From Nemertoderma westbladi (taxonomy: Eukaryota > Animalia > Xenacoelomorpha): a stretch of 62,703 nucleotides of DNA. The position numbers and the translations under genes are program-made. Below the pieces are notes generated by a model that was given only the letters and a program-made list of their open reading frames with translations, did no database searches and was not told the DNA's origin. How positions within the stretch are numbered: the first letter of the stretch is position 1; each line of letters begins with the position of its first letter. This document shows, in pieces, positions 31,729-45,337 of the stretch. Location of the stretch: assembly GCA_032718475.1 (NCBI GenBank), contig JAUCBJ010003505.1:1-62703 (forward strand), given 5' to 3'.

Positions 31729-34700
31729 ATGGATGGTTGTGGTGTCTCGACTTCAAGGATACTCATATCTATTCTCAATATAATATTTTGGGTGAGTTAA
31801 CTTTATCAGTTTATGCCTAAGCAGGAAGCAGCTACTGAGCTAAGTCAAACGTCGAAAGACAAACAGACAAAGACTGGATCAGATCTGCAGATTAGGCTGT
31901 CAGGTTATCGGCTGACCGGACCGGTATGCGGTATGTATTAAAACTACCAGTACTGCAGTACCGGTACTGGCTGACTGGTTTACACACACGCGAATGGCTG
32001 AAAGGGGCCTAACATCCTAAGGCTGTACTGTCAGGCGGGCAGGCGGGCGTCTGCAGGTCTGAAACCGCATTGCAGCATTGTACTATGTACAGTACATCGT
32101 ACATACATGCTGCATGCCTGCCCCTGCATGCTGACATGTACAGTACTGACATACTATACTGTACAGATGTAGGGTAGGGTACCCCAATTCCGGACAGAAT
32201 TTCGATTTTTCCTTTATTGTAGCTCAACCATAGTTTATTCCAATCAAAAGATGATTCTAACAGTACAGGACATTATCCTACATCAAAATAAAATCTTAAC
32301 ATTGAGTGCCCAGCGCCATCTAATGGGCGCAAATGGGCACTTTTTTTTACAAGATTGGGTTGTCCGGTATTTGGGCAGGTGCCCAATTTCCGGACAGAGT
32401 ATAAATTTGTCTCTGCCTATGTCTGTTTGCTATACAAATCTATAGTTTACATTATAGAAAGGTGCCTAAAACCCGAATACATGTATCACCATGCTGCCAG
32501 GGGGTGGGGGGTCTGTTCACTTGTCTACCTGTTTGTTTGTCTGTCTTTCCACCACTTAAAAACACTAGTTCATGAAAGTCAGAATTCATACAATTTTCCG
32601 ATTTGCACAACTTTTTTTTGTTTTGAATTTCTAAGCAAGCACAATTCGTTAATGTCAATAATTTGTAAACCAACCTGTCATTTGTCTGTCTGTTCGTTTG
32701 TCTGTCTGTTCGTTTTTCTGTCTAGCCATTTCTATGCTGTATAATTTCTATTTTCTATTAAATTATATTTATCATTTCTATTAAATTTCTATGCAGTTGA
32801 AATTCTAAGCAAACACAATTTGTTAATGTCAGAATGTCAATAATTTGTAAACCAACCTGTCATTTGTCTGTCTGTTCGTTTGTCTGTCTGTTCGTTTTTC
32901 TGTCTAGCCATTTCTATGCTGTATAATTTCTATTTTCTATTAAATTATATTTATCATTTCTATTAAATTTCTATGCAGTTGAAATTCTAAGCAAACACAA
33001 TTTGTTAATGTCAGAATGTCAATAATTTGTAAACCAACCTGTCATTTGTCTGTCTGTTCGTTTGTCTGTCGTCGTTCGTTTTTCTGTCTAGCCATTTCTA
33101 TGCTGTATAATTTCTATTTTCTATTAAATTATATTTATCATTTCTATTAAATTTCTATGCAGTTGAAATTCTAAGCAAACACAATTTGTTAATGTCAGAA
33201 TGTCAATAATTTGTAAACCAACCTGTCATTTGTCTGTCTGTTCGTTTGTCTGTCTGTTCGTTTTTCTGTCTAGCCATTTCTATGCTGTATAATTTCTATT
33301 TTCTATTAAATTATATTTATCATTTCTATTAAATTTCTATGCAGTTGAATTTCTAAGCAAACACAATTCGTTAATGTCAGACTCAGAATGTCAATAATTT
33401 GTAAACAAACCTGTCATTTGTCTGTCTGTTCGTTTGTCTGTCTGTTCGTTTTTCTGTCTAGCTATTTCTACAGTTCTATGCAGTATAACTATCAATCACT
33501 GTAAAATGATGATGAGTTGATAATAATTCAATATATTATATAAATCTCAGATACCACAGATACAAGATAACACAGGTACATACTGTAATAATGATTAAAA
33601 GGATTTATATCACTAACTAAAAAATTGGGAAAATGTTGATGGAATTAAAAAAATGTTAAATGGCCAACTCAAGCATTTGGTACGGTCAACTAGTTTCGTT
33701 TACTACTACCTGTAAAGATAATAGACACCAGCTAGACAACCAAAAAGTTGCTGACAAAACTTTGAACAAAACCTAGGCATATTTACAATTATTTATTTAT
33801 TCATGTAGACTGTAGGGTTAGTAGGTAAAATACATCATATATTACTGTATTACAGTTAGGTACAATGGCCAAATCTGGCAATGATTGTGATTGCCATATT
33901 TGGCAACCAAGCAAAATCTGGCAACAATTCTGATTGCCTGATTTGGCAACTATATAAAGCCGTTGTTGCCATATTTGGCAACTTAACTAACTCATTGAAT
34001 ATGGATTATATGGTTCTGCGTCATTAAGTCCTTCTATGGCAGTATGGTCATTCCTTAGATCCTGAAATGTTAATGTTAGGCCTAGAAAAAAGGCAAAGGG
34101 GTAGGGCTACAGGTTATACTTATACCGGTAGTGGCATATTCTAAGTTCTAACCAATACAGTGTCAATATATCCTAATAAATGAGGTGAGAATGAGAGTCA
34201 ATAACACAAACACAGACTGACTGGTGATAGTTTTTTTTTGCTTTTTTGAGATTTTTGCTAGTAATCTCTGGCGCTGCTTGGGGAGGTGGTTGATTGTTCT
34301 TTGTACCAATAATAGTTTAGTAGGCTACTGTACGCTACAGCTACATCCTGATATCTGTCAGTTTACTGGTTTATCAGTTTATGGACATTTCTATTTCAGT
34401 TATTTGGTAGGCCTACCTGCCCCACCAGGCTGCAACCTGCAAACCACCACTGAACTGAACCGCGCACAACGCCTGCGCACAATTTTTCACCCGTGCAATA
34501 TTGGACAATATACCGCGCATGCACCGAAAAAACGCGCACACCACATTTTAACAATGTAAACGAAAAACATACGCGAGCGAAGCGAGCAAAACTTTTTCAT
34601 TAACGTTGCAAAACGATAAAGAAACGCGAGAAAAACTCAAAGTGATCGAATTTTTTTCATTCTAACAGTGCAAAATTAAAAAGAAACCCGAGCAAATCTC

Positions 34701-37700
34701 ACAGTGAGCGAAATGTTTCATTATGATTATACCAGTGCAAAATGCAAAGAAACGAAATTTTTTGTGGCAAATTATTTTTCTCACTTTGAATGCATGTAAA
34801 CTTTTTTACACCTCATCCACCTGTAGGGTACGCGCGCTTTACAACTTGTGATCTTTTGCACAGATTACTGCGCACTTTTGTTGTCTTTCACATATTTTCG
34901 CGCACTTTTATTTCAATTCCGCGCGCTTTTACCGCGCACTATTTCAAATACGCGCACAACGCGTTGCGATTTTTGCACTTCATTTGCAGCCTGATACCTG
35001 CCTACCTACCAGCCTACCTACCCTATCTGCCTTGCTGCCTACAGGTACCGGGGGAGGCACCCCCGGCTTCAACCCTTCGCCTTTTGACATTGACAGTTAA
35101 ATTTTATATTTTCTACCGGTGCCCGGTGCAAAAAAATCCCTGTTCTAGTTCCTTCAATGTCATTATCATATTTATTTCCTTAACAAAATTAATAGGACCG
35201 GCCGTAAAGCCACAACGTACGTACACCACGTCCAGTGAATATAGTGCAGAAGTGTCTTTATTGATGTACCTGGACACGGGACCCCCAAATGTTTCTACAA
35301 ATCTTACCGTAATGAAATCGCATGAAACTTTAAACAGAAATAGTTACTTTGGATATGCTGGATTGATACCTTTGGGTATAAAAATATTTTGTAAATGTGA
35401 GACTTATCTTAAATTTTTTAACAAATGACTTTTGACTTGTGTTACCATTGGAGCAAAGGAGGTGTAATTTTGACGTTCTAAAAACAGTTGTCAGGTGACA
35501 ATTTTTTTGGAAATGTGATGCATACCCAACCCATCAAGACTAAATTGACTTAAAAAAAGGGGGTGGCAGTAAATTGTCCCTCGTTACAGGTTCATTAGGT
35601 TCCACCTTGCTGTAGTGCTGTAGTGGTAGTGGTTACATTGAATTCCCATCTCTCTGGAGGTTGTGGGTTCGAACCTCGCATGGGCCACGGCAGTTTTCTT
35701 TTTGGTACGAATGATTTGAAGTGGCTATAGAATGGGGTATCTCTTTCTCCGCCTTGCATCCTTAAATGGTAGCTCTAAGCTAACGGCCGAAGAAAACTTT
35801 ACTTCTTTGCTTTTTTTTACAAGTGTTAACAAGTATATACTGTACTGCATCTTAAACAATAGTTGGTAAGTATATGTTAAAAAAATATATAAATTTTCAT
35901 AATAATTTAACAAACTAATTGGCAACTATCAAACAACTTAGGAAACTGGTAATACCGGTAAAATTCCGGCTGGAATTGACCCCATTCCGGCAATTCCGGC
36001 CGGAACCGGAATCGGGCAATAACCGCCGGAATTCCGGCCGGAACAGAATTCCGGAACATCCCTATTGCTAAGGAAAGAAATAGGAAATTGAAAGTGATCC
36101 GCATAATATATTTTTATAGACTTTTTTGGGGGTATTAACAAGGTAATGTAGAATACAACATAATTGGTTTGGATGAATTGCGAATTTGTTATGGGTTGAC
36201 CCCCTTTTTTGGCTAGATTGACTCTCCTATAGGCCCGGCCCTATATAATAATGCTATAGTACGTTGATATTCATACCCGTACGCCGTACATAAACAAAGT
36301 GTTCCGTATGTATTCTGACTCACCCAGTAAGGATGAGCTAGGTGAAACTATTTCTGTTTTAAATTTCATTCAATCTCATTAAATTTGTAGAAATATTTTG
36401 GAGTGGGGCGGGGGGGGGGGGGGGGGGGGGGCTTTTGTCACAATTTTCCACTAAGCAACTCCACTACTAGCCAGCTAGAATACTGGACCGGTACTGGTAT
36501 TTAATATGATGTTGGTAGGCCTATAGGATATTATTTATTATTATTATGGTTATTGTATTATTATATCATACCATCACACCGTTTGGGGAGCGTTCATAAA
36601 GTAGGCGTATGTCACGCAAACCTTCCCGATTTTTTACCCCCTCCCCCTCTGTCACAAAGTGTCAGGCAAGCTTGACCGCCCCCCCTCCCCCCTCTGTCAC
36701 ATTAGTAAAATTGTAGGCCTAATACCCCCAAACAAAAACCCGCCCCCACCCCGGGTCAGAGTAAAACGCTGATCCGGATTCTACATTTAACATTATTCCT
36801 ACGGAAGTCGATTTTTTTTACATTTTTATAACTCCCAAAAATAAAACTATGACCTATCTATTGATTGACTTTAGTTTATTGTTTTGGTTAAAATAACGCG
36901 CCACTGTAACCTGCTCCTTTCCCTTAATTGATAATTTTGGAATATATTATTTATTTTATCAATATAATAAATATATTTAAATAAATATATTAATTATTAA
37001 TTATATATAGTGTTCATCTATATAAATAACAGGTATTACAGTGTGAGAGTCAATGGCTTCTATGTCCTACTCAATTTATCGATTATACTCAATGTTATTG
37101 AGTTTATTGTTTTCCTTAAAGTTACCTACTCAACTACAAATGTGTTAGTCAAAGTCTAGTAGAATTAAAGCCTCGAACATCGCCTTGACCGTCACAAAAG
37201 TCGACCACCAACCCCCCCCCCCCCCCCCCCCCCCCCCTCTGTCACAAAATGTCATGCAAGCTCAAACCCACCCCCCCCCCCCCCCTCCCTCCCCTCCTAG
37301 TCATAGCGGTACTTTATGATACGCCCCCTTGACCGGTATATATTAAAATGTTTTTTATTGTTTATTCTATCTAGGTGTTTGCCGCGGGATTATTCTACCT
37401 CTCGGCCTATATATTCAGTGAATATGGAGACTACGGCAGCGCCATATCTGTACGATACATGATAGCCCCTGGCGTTGTACTTATCGTTGTGAGTAATCGA
37501 TTTTACTTTCGGGTCTTGTTACTTTGGGGACCGTTGTTTCAACCGTTTCTAATTGCCATTCTACAGCTGTCGAGCTGGGTGCCGGTACCTATTGCTTGAC
37601 TGCCTCTGCCTGATATTTTTTGGTTATAGAGTGACTACTGACTGTCTGACCATATGGTATCCCTCAATTACTAATTAGTAAAGTGATCGTTTATTGTTTT

Positions 37701-40700
37701 GGTTAGAAAAGCCGCCTCTGTAACCTGATCCTTTCCGTCAATTGGTAAAGTGGTCGTTTATTGTTTTGTTTAGAAAAGCCTGCCTCTGTAACCTGCTTCT
37801 TCCCCTCAATTGGTTTATGACGTGTGTTACTTATTTATGAATAAATTTTTATGAAAAAATTATAAGAAGTTTTTCATAAAATAAGCTGTATACCGTATAA
37901 AACTGTTTCATACTACGGCCCCCAAAGTAATTATACCCTTACTTTCAGTTCAGTACGGCAGCTACTAACCCTTTACCAGCACCGGTATCAGTACAGAAAA
38001 ATAGTATAACAAATATACCTGTATAATATTTAAACTAAATCAGCCAATATCAATCGCTTGTGGATGGAGATTTGATAAATTGGAAACAGGTTTATGTTTA
38101 CCAGAACAGAGAACAAGTTCCTCTGTGCTTGGGCAGATTCAAACCGTTTCCTGTATACTGGACGAGGTTCCTGTACACTGGACGAGTTTCCTGTATACTG
38201 GACGAGGTTCTTGTATACTGGAACAGGTTCCTGTATACTGGACGAGGTTCATATATACTGGACGAGTTTCCTGTATACTGGACGAGGTTCCTGTATACAG
38301 GTGGACGAGGTTCTTGTATACTGGACGAGGTTTATGTATACTGGACGAGTTTCCTGTATACTGGACGAGGTTCCTGTATACTGGACGAGGTTCCTGTATA
38401 CTGGACGAGGTTCCTGTATACTGGACGAGGTTCCTGTATACTGGACGAGGTTCCTGTATACAGGTGGACGAGGTTCTTGTATACTGGACGAGGTTTATGT
38501 ATACTGGACGAGTTTCCTGTATACTGGACGAGGTTTATGTATACTGGACGAGTTTCCTGTATACTGGACGAGGTTCCTGTATACTGGACGAGGTTTATGT
38601 ATACTGGACGAGTTTCCTGTATACTGGACGAGGTTCCTGTATACTGGACGAGGTTCCTGTATACTGGACGAGGTTCCTGTATACTAGACAAGGTTCCTGT
38701 ATACTGGACGAGGTTCCTGTACACTGGACGAGTTTCCTGTATACTGGACGAGTTTCCTGTATACTGGACGAGGTTCTTGTATACTGGAACAGGTTCCTGT
38801 ATACTGGACGAGGTTCATATATACTGGACGAGTTTCCTGTATACTGGACGAGGTTCCTGTATACAGGTGGACGAGGTTCTTGTATACTGGACGAGGTTTA
38901 TGTATACTGGACGAGTTTCCTGTATACTGGACGAGGTTCCTGTATACTGGACGAGGTTCCTGTATACTGGACGAGGTTCCTGTATACTGGACGAGGTTCC
39001 TGTATACTGGACGAGGTTCCTGTATACAGGTGGACGAGGTTCTTGTATACTGGACGAGGTTTATGTATACTGGACGAGTTTCCTGTATACTGGACGAGGT
39101 TCCTGTATACTGGACGAGGTTCCTGTATACTGGACGAGGTTCCTGTATACTGTAAGGTTCCTGTATACTGGACGAGGTTCCTGTATACTGGACGAGGTTC
39201 CTGTATACTGGACGAGGTTCCTGTATACTGGACGAGGTTCCTGTATACTAGACAAGGTTCCTGTATACTGGACGAGGTTCTTGTATACTGGACGAGGTTC
39301 CTGTATACCGGTGGACGTGGTTCCTTTATATTGGACGAGGTTCCTGTATACCGGTGGACGAGGTTCCTTTATACTGGACGAGGTTCATGTATACTGGACA
39401 AGGTTCCTGTATACTGGACGAGGTTCTTGTATACTGGACGAGGTTCCTGTATACCGGTGGACGAGGTTCCTTTATATTGGACGAGGTTCCTGTATACCGG
39501 TGGACGAGGTTCCTTTATACTGGACGAGGTTCCTGTATACTGGACAAAGTTCCTGTATACTGGACGAGGTTCCTGTATACTGGACGAGGATCCTGTATAC
39601 TGGACGAGGTACCTGTATACCGGACGAGGATCCTGTATACTGGACGAGGTTCCTGTATACTGGACAAGGTTCCTGTATACTGGACGAGGTTCTTGTATAC
39701 TGGACGAGGTTCCTGTATACCGGTGGACGAGGTTCCTGTATACCGGTGGACGAGGTTCCTTTATACTTGACGAGGTTCCTGTATACCGGTGGACGAGGTT
39801 CCTGTATACTGGACGAGGTTCCTTTATACTGGACGAGGATCCTGTATACTGGACGAGGTACCTGTATACTGGACGAGGTTCCTGTATACTGGACGAGGTT
39901 CCTGTATACTGGACAATGTTCCTGTATACTGGACGATGTTTTCCTGTAGTATACCGGCACTGAGTTAAATAAATTGCTAACAGACCGTCACTGATTCCGT
40001 CTGTTATTCTCTATAGGTCGGTGTATTCCTGTTCGTGACCTCTATTATCGGTTGCTGCGGTGTCTTCCGCGACCACAAGTGTCTCCTAGGAACTTTCTTC
40101 GGTCTGGTTCTCTTCATCTTCCTCTTGGAAGTTCTTACCGGAACTCTCGGCTTCGTTTACAAAGACAAAGTTAGTTTCATTTTCTAATTTTTCATTATCC
40201 GTTTTTGTTGTATAATTTACCAATTTAATATTCTTGGAATCTTCAATGAAGTGGCGTTTAAGTCCCAAATTACCATAGAAGGAAATGTGTGTCAGTTGCG
40301 AATTTATTAGAAAATGAATTTGTTATGTAACTCCAGACGAGATGAGATAGGGTGTACATAATGTATAACTTTATACGGCGAGTGAAAATATGTTCTTATG
40401 GTGGGTGAGAGTTGTTTATATACGGTGGGTGAACCATCCAGGAAAGTCTTAGATTGTTTTATGTCCGTTTTATGTCCTGTTTTATTTCGACTAGGTGTCG
40501 GACTCGATTCACGATGAGATAACGACGTTGGTAGACGACTACAACGGCACCTCTTCAGATACACCGATTGATTTTATTCAGAACACTGGCCAGTGCTGCG
40601 GTGTGTTCAACTACACTGACTGGGCTGATACAGACTGGGGCATTAAACATCCGTGAGTTCGTTCGACCTAAAGTCGACGAGATTGGGTGAAAATCTGAAC

Positions 40701-43700
40701 TTATTATCACTTTAATATATAACAACTCGCATTTGTTTCTCTTTAATTAAGCTATACATTGAGTACACAGATATGGGCCTTGTCCCTACGTGTTCGTTAA
40801 GCATAACTGTAAGGGTAAGCCATCATCAGCGAACGTTTAGTTAGTTATATTGGCTTTCAACACTTTCACACAGACTTTTTGAAAATAGGCCACTGTATAA
40901 TTAATAGTAATGGTTCGATGAGGGCTCACAGTGCTGTGAAACGAAACATAATGTTTAATTGTTTGACTATAAACCTTTATAAGTAAAATTAAACTAAACG
41001 CACTGATTATTTCCTATTTCCTACGATTTGTTTATTTCTAGGGGACTTGTACCCACCAGCTGTTGCTTGGATACCGTTGCAAACTGTACTGGAAATCTAT
41101 TCGATCTCGATTCCATAAACCAGGAGGTTAGTTATGACTTGGGTTGGGTCTTCCTATATTAATTACCCAAATTCGAACCATTCCTATTCAACTTGGATCA
41201 GTACTCTGGGTGTCTCAGACAACACGGCATTGTTGGGCTGTTACACGATATGGTTACACTAGTATTTATTCTCCATGGCTGTTACACGATATTGTTACAC
41301 TAATTTATTCTCCAGGGCTGCTGTTACCCGATATTGTCACACTAATTTATTCTCCAGGGCTGCTGTTGCACGATATTGTTACACTAATTTATTCTCCAGG
41401 GTTGTTACACAATATTGTTACACTAATTTATTTTCCAGGGTTGTTACACGATATTGTCACACTAATTTATTCTCCAGGGCTGCTGTTACACGATATTGTC
41501 ACACTAATTTATTCTCCAGGGCTGCTGTTGCACGATATTGTTACACTAATTTATTCTCCAGGGTTGTTACACAATATTGTTACACTAATTTATTTTCCAG
41601 GGTTGTTACACGATATTGTCACACTAATTTATTCTCCAGGGCTGATGTTACACGATATTGTCACACTAATTTATTATCCAGGGCTGTTACACGATATTGT
41701 CGCACTAATTTATTCTCCAGGGTTGTTACACAATATTGTCACACTAATTTATTCTCCAGTGCTGTTACACGATATTGTCACACTAATTTATTCTCCAGGG
41801 CTGCTGTTACACGATATTGTCACACTAATTTATTCTCCAGGGCTGTTACACGATATTGTCGCACTAATTTATTCTCCAGGGCTGCTGTTACACGATATTG
41901 TCACACTAATTTATTCTCCAGTGCTGTTACACGATATTGTCACACTAATTTATTCTCCAGGGCTGCTGTTACACGATATTGTCACACTAATTTATTCTCC
42001 AGGGCTGTTACACGATATTGTCACACTAATTTATTCTCCAGGGCTGTTACACGATATTGTCACACTAATTTATTCTCCAGGGCTGTTACACGATATTGTC
42101 ACACTAATTTATTCTCCAGGGCTGCTGTTGCACGATATTGTTACACTTATTTATTTTCCAGGGTTGTTACACGATATTGTCACACTAATTTATTCCCCAG
42201 GGCTGCTGTTACACGATATTGTTACACTAATTTATTCCCCAGGGCTGTTACACGATATTGTCACACTAATTTATTTTCCAGGGTTGTTACACGATATTGT
42301 CACACTAATGTATTCTCCAGGGCTGCTGTTACACGATAGTGTTACATTAATTTATTCCCCAGGGCTGTTACACGATATTGTTACACTAATTTATTATCCA
42401 GGGTTGTTACACGATATTGTCACACTAATTTATTTTCCAGGGCTGTTACACGATATTGTCACACTAATTTATTCTCCAGGGCTGTTACACGATATTGTTA
42501 CACTAATTTATTCTCCAGAGTTGTTACACGATATTGTTACACTAATTTATTTTCCAGGGTTGTTACACGATATTGTTACACTAATTTATTCTCCAGGGTT
42601 GTTACACGATATTATTACACTAATTTATTCTCCAGGGTTGTTACACGATATTGTAACACTAATTTATTTTCCAGGGTTGTTGCACGATATTGTTACACTA
42701 ATTTATTCTCCAGGGTTGTTACACGATATTGTTACACTAATTTATTCTCCAGGGCTGTTACACGATATTGTTACACTGTATTTTATTCTCCAGGGTTGAT
42801 ACACGATATTGTTACACTAATTTATTCTCCAGGGCTGTTACATGATGTTGTTACACTAATTTATTCTCCAGGGTTGTTGCACGATATTGTTACACTAATT
42901 TATTCTCCAGGGTTGTTACACGATATTGTTACACTAATTTATTTTCCAGGGTTGTTACACGATATTGTTACACTAATTTATTCTCCAGGGCTGCTGTTAC
43001 ACGATATTGTCACACTAATTTATTCACCAGGGTTGTTACACGATATTGTTACACTAATTTATTCTCCAGGGCTGTTACACGATATTGTTACACTGTATTT
43101 TATTCTCCAGGGTTGATACACGATATTGTTACACTAATTTATTCTCCAGGGTTGTTGCACGATATTGTTACACTAATTTATTCTCCAGGGTTGTTACACG
43201 ATATAGTTACACTAATTTATTCCCCAGGGCTGCTGTTACACGATATTGTCACACTAATTTATTCTCCAGGGCTGTTACACGATATTGTTACACTAATTTA
43301 TTCTCCAGGGTTGTTACACTATATTGTTACACTAATTTATTTTCAAGGGCTGCTGTTACACGATATTGTCACACTAATTTATTCTCCAGGGCTGTTACAC
43401 GATATTGTTACACTAATTTATTCTCCAGGGTTGTTACACTATATTGTTACACTAATTTATTTTCCAGGGTTGTTACACGATATAGTTACACTAATTTATT
43501 CTCCAGGGCTGCTGTTACACGATATTGTCACACTAATTTATTCTCCAGGGCTGTTACACGATATTGTTACACTAATTTATTCTCCAGGGTTGTTACACTA
43601 TATTGTTACACTAATTTATTTTCCAGGACTGTTACACGATATTGTCACACTAATTTATTCTCCAGGGCTGTTACACGATATTGTTACACTAATTTATTCT

Positions 43701-44823
43701 CCAGGGTTGTTACACTATATTGTTACACTAATTTATTTTCCAGGGCTGTTACACGATATTGTTACACTAATTTATTTTCCAGGGTTGTTAGACGATATTG
43801 TCACACTAATTTATTCTCCATAGGGCTGTTACACGATAGTGTTACACTAATTTATTTTCCAGGGTTGTTACACGATATTGTCACACTAATTTATTTTCCA
43901 GGGCTGCTGTTACCACACTAATTTATTATCCAGGGCTGTTACACGATATTGTTACACGAATTTATTCTCCATAGGGCTGTTAAACACGATATTGTTACAC
44001 TAATTTATTCTCCAGGGTTGTTACACGATATTGTTACACTAATTTATTCTCCAGGGCTGCTGTTACACGATATTGTCACACTAATTTATTCTCCAGGGCT
44101 GTTACACGATATTGTTACACTAATTTATTTTCCAGGGTTGTTAGACGATATTGTCACACTAATTTATTCTCCATAGGGCTGTTACACGATAGTGTTACAC
44201 TAATTTATTTTCCAGGGTTGTTACACGATATTGTCACACTAATTTATTTTCCAGGGCTGCTGTTACCACACTAATTTATTATCCAGGGCTGTTACACGAT
44301 ATTGTTACACGAATTTATTCTCCATAGGGCTGTTAAACACGATATTGTTACACTAATTTATTCTCCAGGGTTGTTACACGATATTGTTACACTAATTTAT
44401 TCTCCAGGGTTGTTACACGATATTGTTACACGAATTTATTCTCCATAGAGCTGTTACACGATATTGTTACACTAATTTATTCTCCAGTGCTGTTATACGA
44501 TATTGTTACACGAATTTATTCTCCATAGGGCTGTTAAACACGATATTGTTACACTAATTTATTCTCCAGGGTTGTTACACGATATTGTTACACTAATTTA
44601 TTCTCCAGTGCTGTTATACGATATTGTTCCACTGTATTTTATTCTCCAGGGTTGTTACTCGATGCTCAACGATTTATTCCACAACAACTTCGCCTACATC
44701 GCGGCTACTGGTATCGGTTTCGCAGCCATCCTCTTTATCGTTCTCGTATCCACTTGCGTTCTCATGTGTCGCTCTAGAGAGGACGTTCCCTACATCAACA
44801 TAACCGGCGAGTTGAGGGCCTAA
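31729..44823 (+). CDS. TSPAN3: tetraspanin (TSPAN3-like), 6 exons, 248 aa
   Basis: join(31729..31791,37375..37488,40017..40169,40495..40652,41042..41126,44650..44823), GT-AG and in phase. It has four TM helices, GCCG, and EC2 motifs CCG, PTSCC and GC. The termini MDGCGVSTSRIL and RSREDVPYINITGELRA resemble TSPAN3. Confidence 0.88.
32623..33485. repeat. ~182-bp tandem repeat, ~4.7 copies, tetraspanin intron 1
   Basis: ctaagcaa.cacaatt recurs at 32631, 32805, 32987, 33171 and 33353. Confidence 0.95.
33865..33982. repeat. cluster of short ttgcca..tggcaa palindromic units
   Basis: Four to five imperfect copies are visible. Confidence 0.55.
34426..34993. mobile_element. putative non-autonomous DNA transposon
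   Basis: 10-bp TIR caggctgcaa/ttgcagcctg with subterminal gcgcac repeats. No clear TSD. Confidence 0.4.
35610..35820 (+). mobile_element. tRNA-derived SINE
   Basis: A-box-like tagtggtt and B-box ggttcgaacc. The body ggcagttttc..ggtacga..gccttgcatccttaaatg is shared with ~55955-56245. Confidence 0.7.
35938..36064. mobile_element. small hAT-like MITE remnant with ccggaattccgg repeats
   Basis: Repeated aattccgg palindromes. The right end reads TAGGGATG on the minus strand. Confidence 0.45.
36585..37328. mobile_element. MITE with imperfect TIRs
   Basis: TIRs ggggagcgttcataaagta and tactttatgatacgcccc, with cccctctgtcaca subterminal repeats at both ends. Confidence 0.55.
38146..39950. repeat. 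20-bp intronic minisatellite (~88 units), tetraspanin intron 2
   Basis: Unit GAGGTTCCTGTATACTGGAC, with 22-bp variants. Confidence 0.97.
41232..44658 (+). repeat. 36/39-bp intronic minisatellite (~90 units) ending across the acceptor of the last tetraspanin exon
   Basis: Unit ACGATATTGTTACACTAATTTATTCTCCAG|GG(CTG)TTGTTAC. Confidence 0.97.
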
Positions 44824-45337
44824 AAACACAATCAATTACAGAACGCAGCTATATATATGTATTATTACAGTAGGCAGTAAGACAAATAACTTAGGTTGAT
44901 ATATTAAATTATAACAATTCTTTATTGATGTTATGTAAATCGTACCTTAAACTCATTGAACTGTATATTTATTGTACCTACTCCTCACTCCATACTACTG
45001 CGAGGTCACAATTTTTATCTCGTGCGGTGAAATTGTATGGAATTTATTGTACATCTATAATACCGGCCATTATTGCTTTACACTTGCTTTTTATTTCGTT
45101 TGACTACAATTTTTCATGGAGTGGAGACTCCAGTAATTACGCACGACGATAAAACTCATTTTATTCAGGAATTTGACTTTTACAAATATTTCCTTCATCG
45201 GTCCCCACAGCTATTTCTATTAGTTTGTTCGGGTAGATTAACCAGCTACCGCAATATTTGGCTTTATTTAAAATAAATTTTCACTGTATGGCTCCATTCC
45301 AGCTGTGGATCATTTAGTTAATGCCCAACCCATTTAA

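Noticed and set aside
34790-35428. 212-aa ORF in tetraspanin intron 1
   Set aside because: It has no recognisable domain, overlaps a repeat element and has no splice support.
38060-39963. 629/627-aa ORFs and their antisense ORFs
   Set aside because: They are stop-free readings of a 20-bp satellite, open in several frames, inside a tetraspanin intron.
41144-44176. Long LLHDIVTLIYSPG / VTRYCHTNLFSR repeat ORFs
   Set aside because: They are readings of the 36/39-bp satellite. The frame entered from the upstream exon has a stop in nearly every unit.
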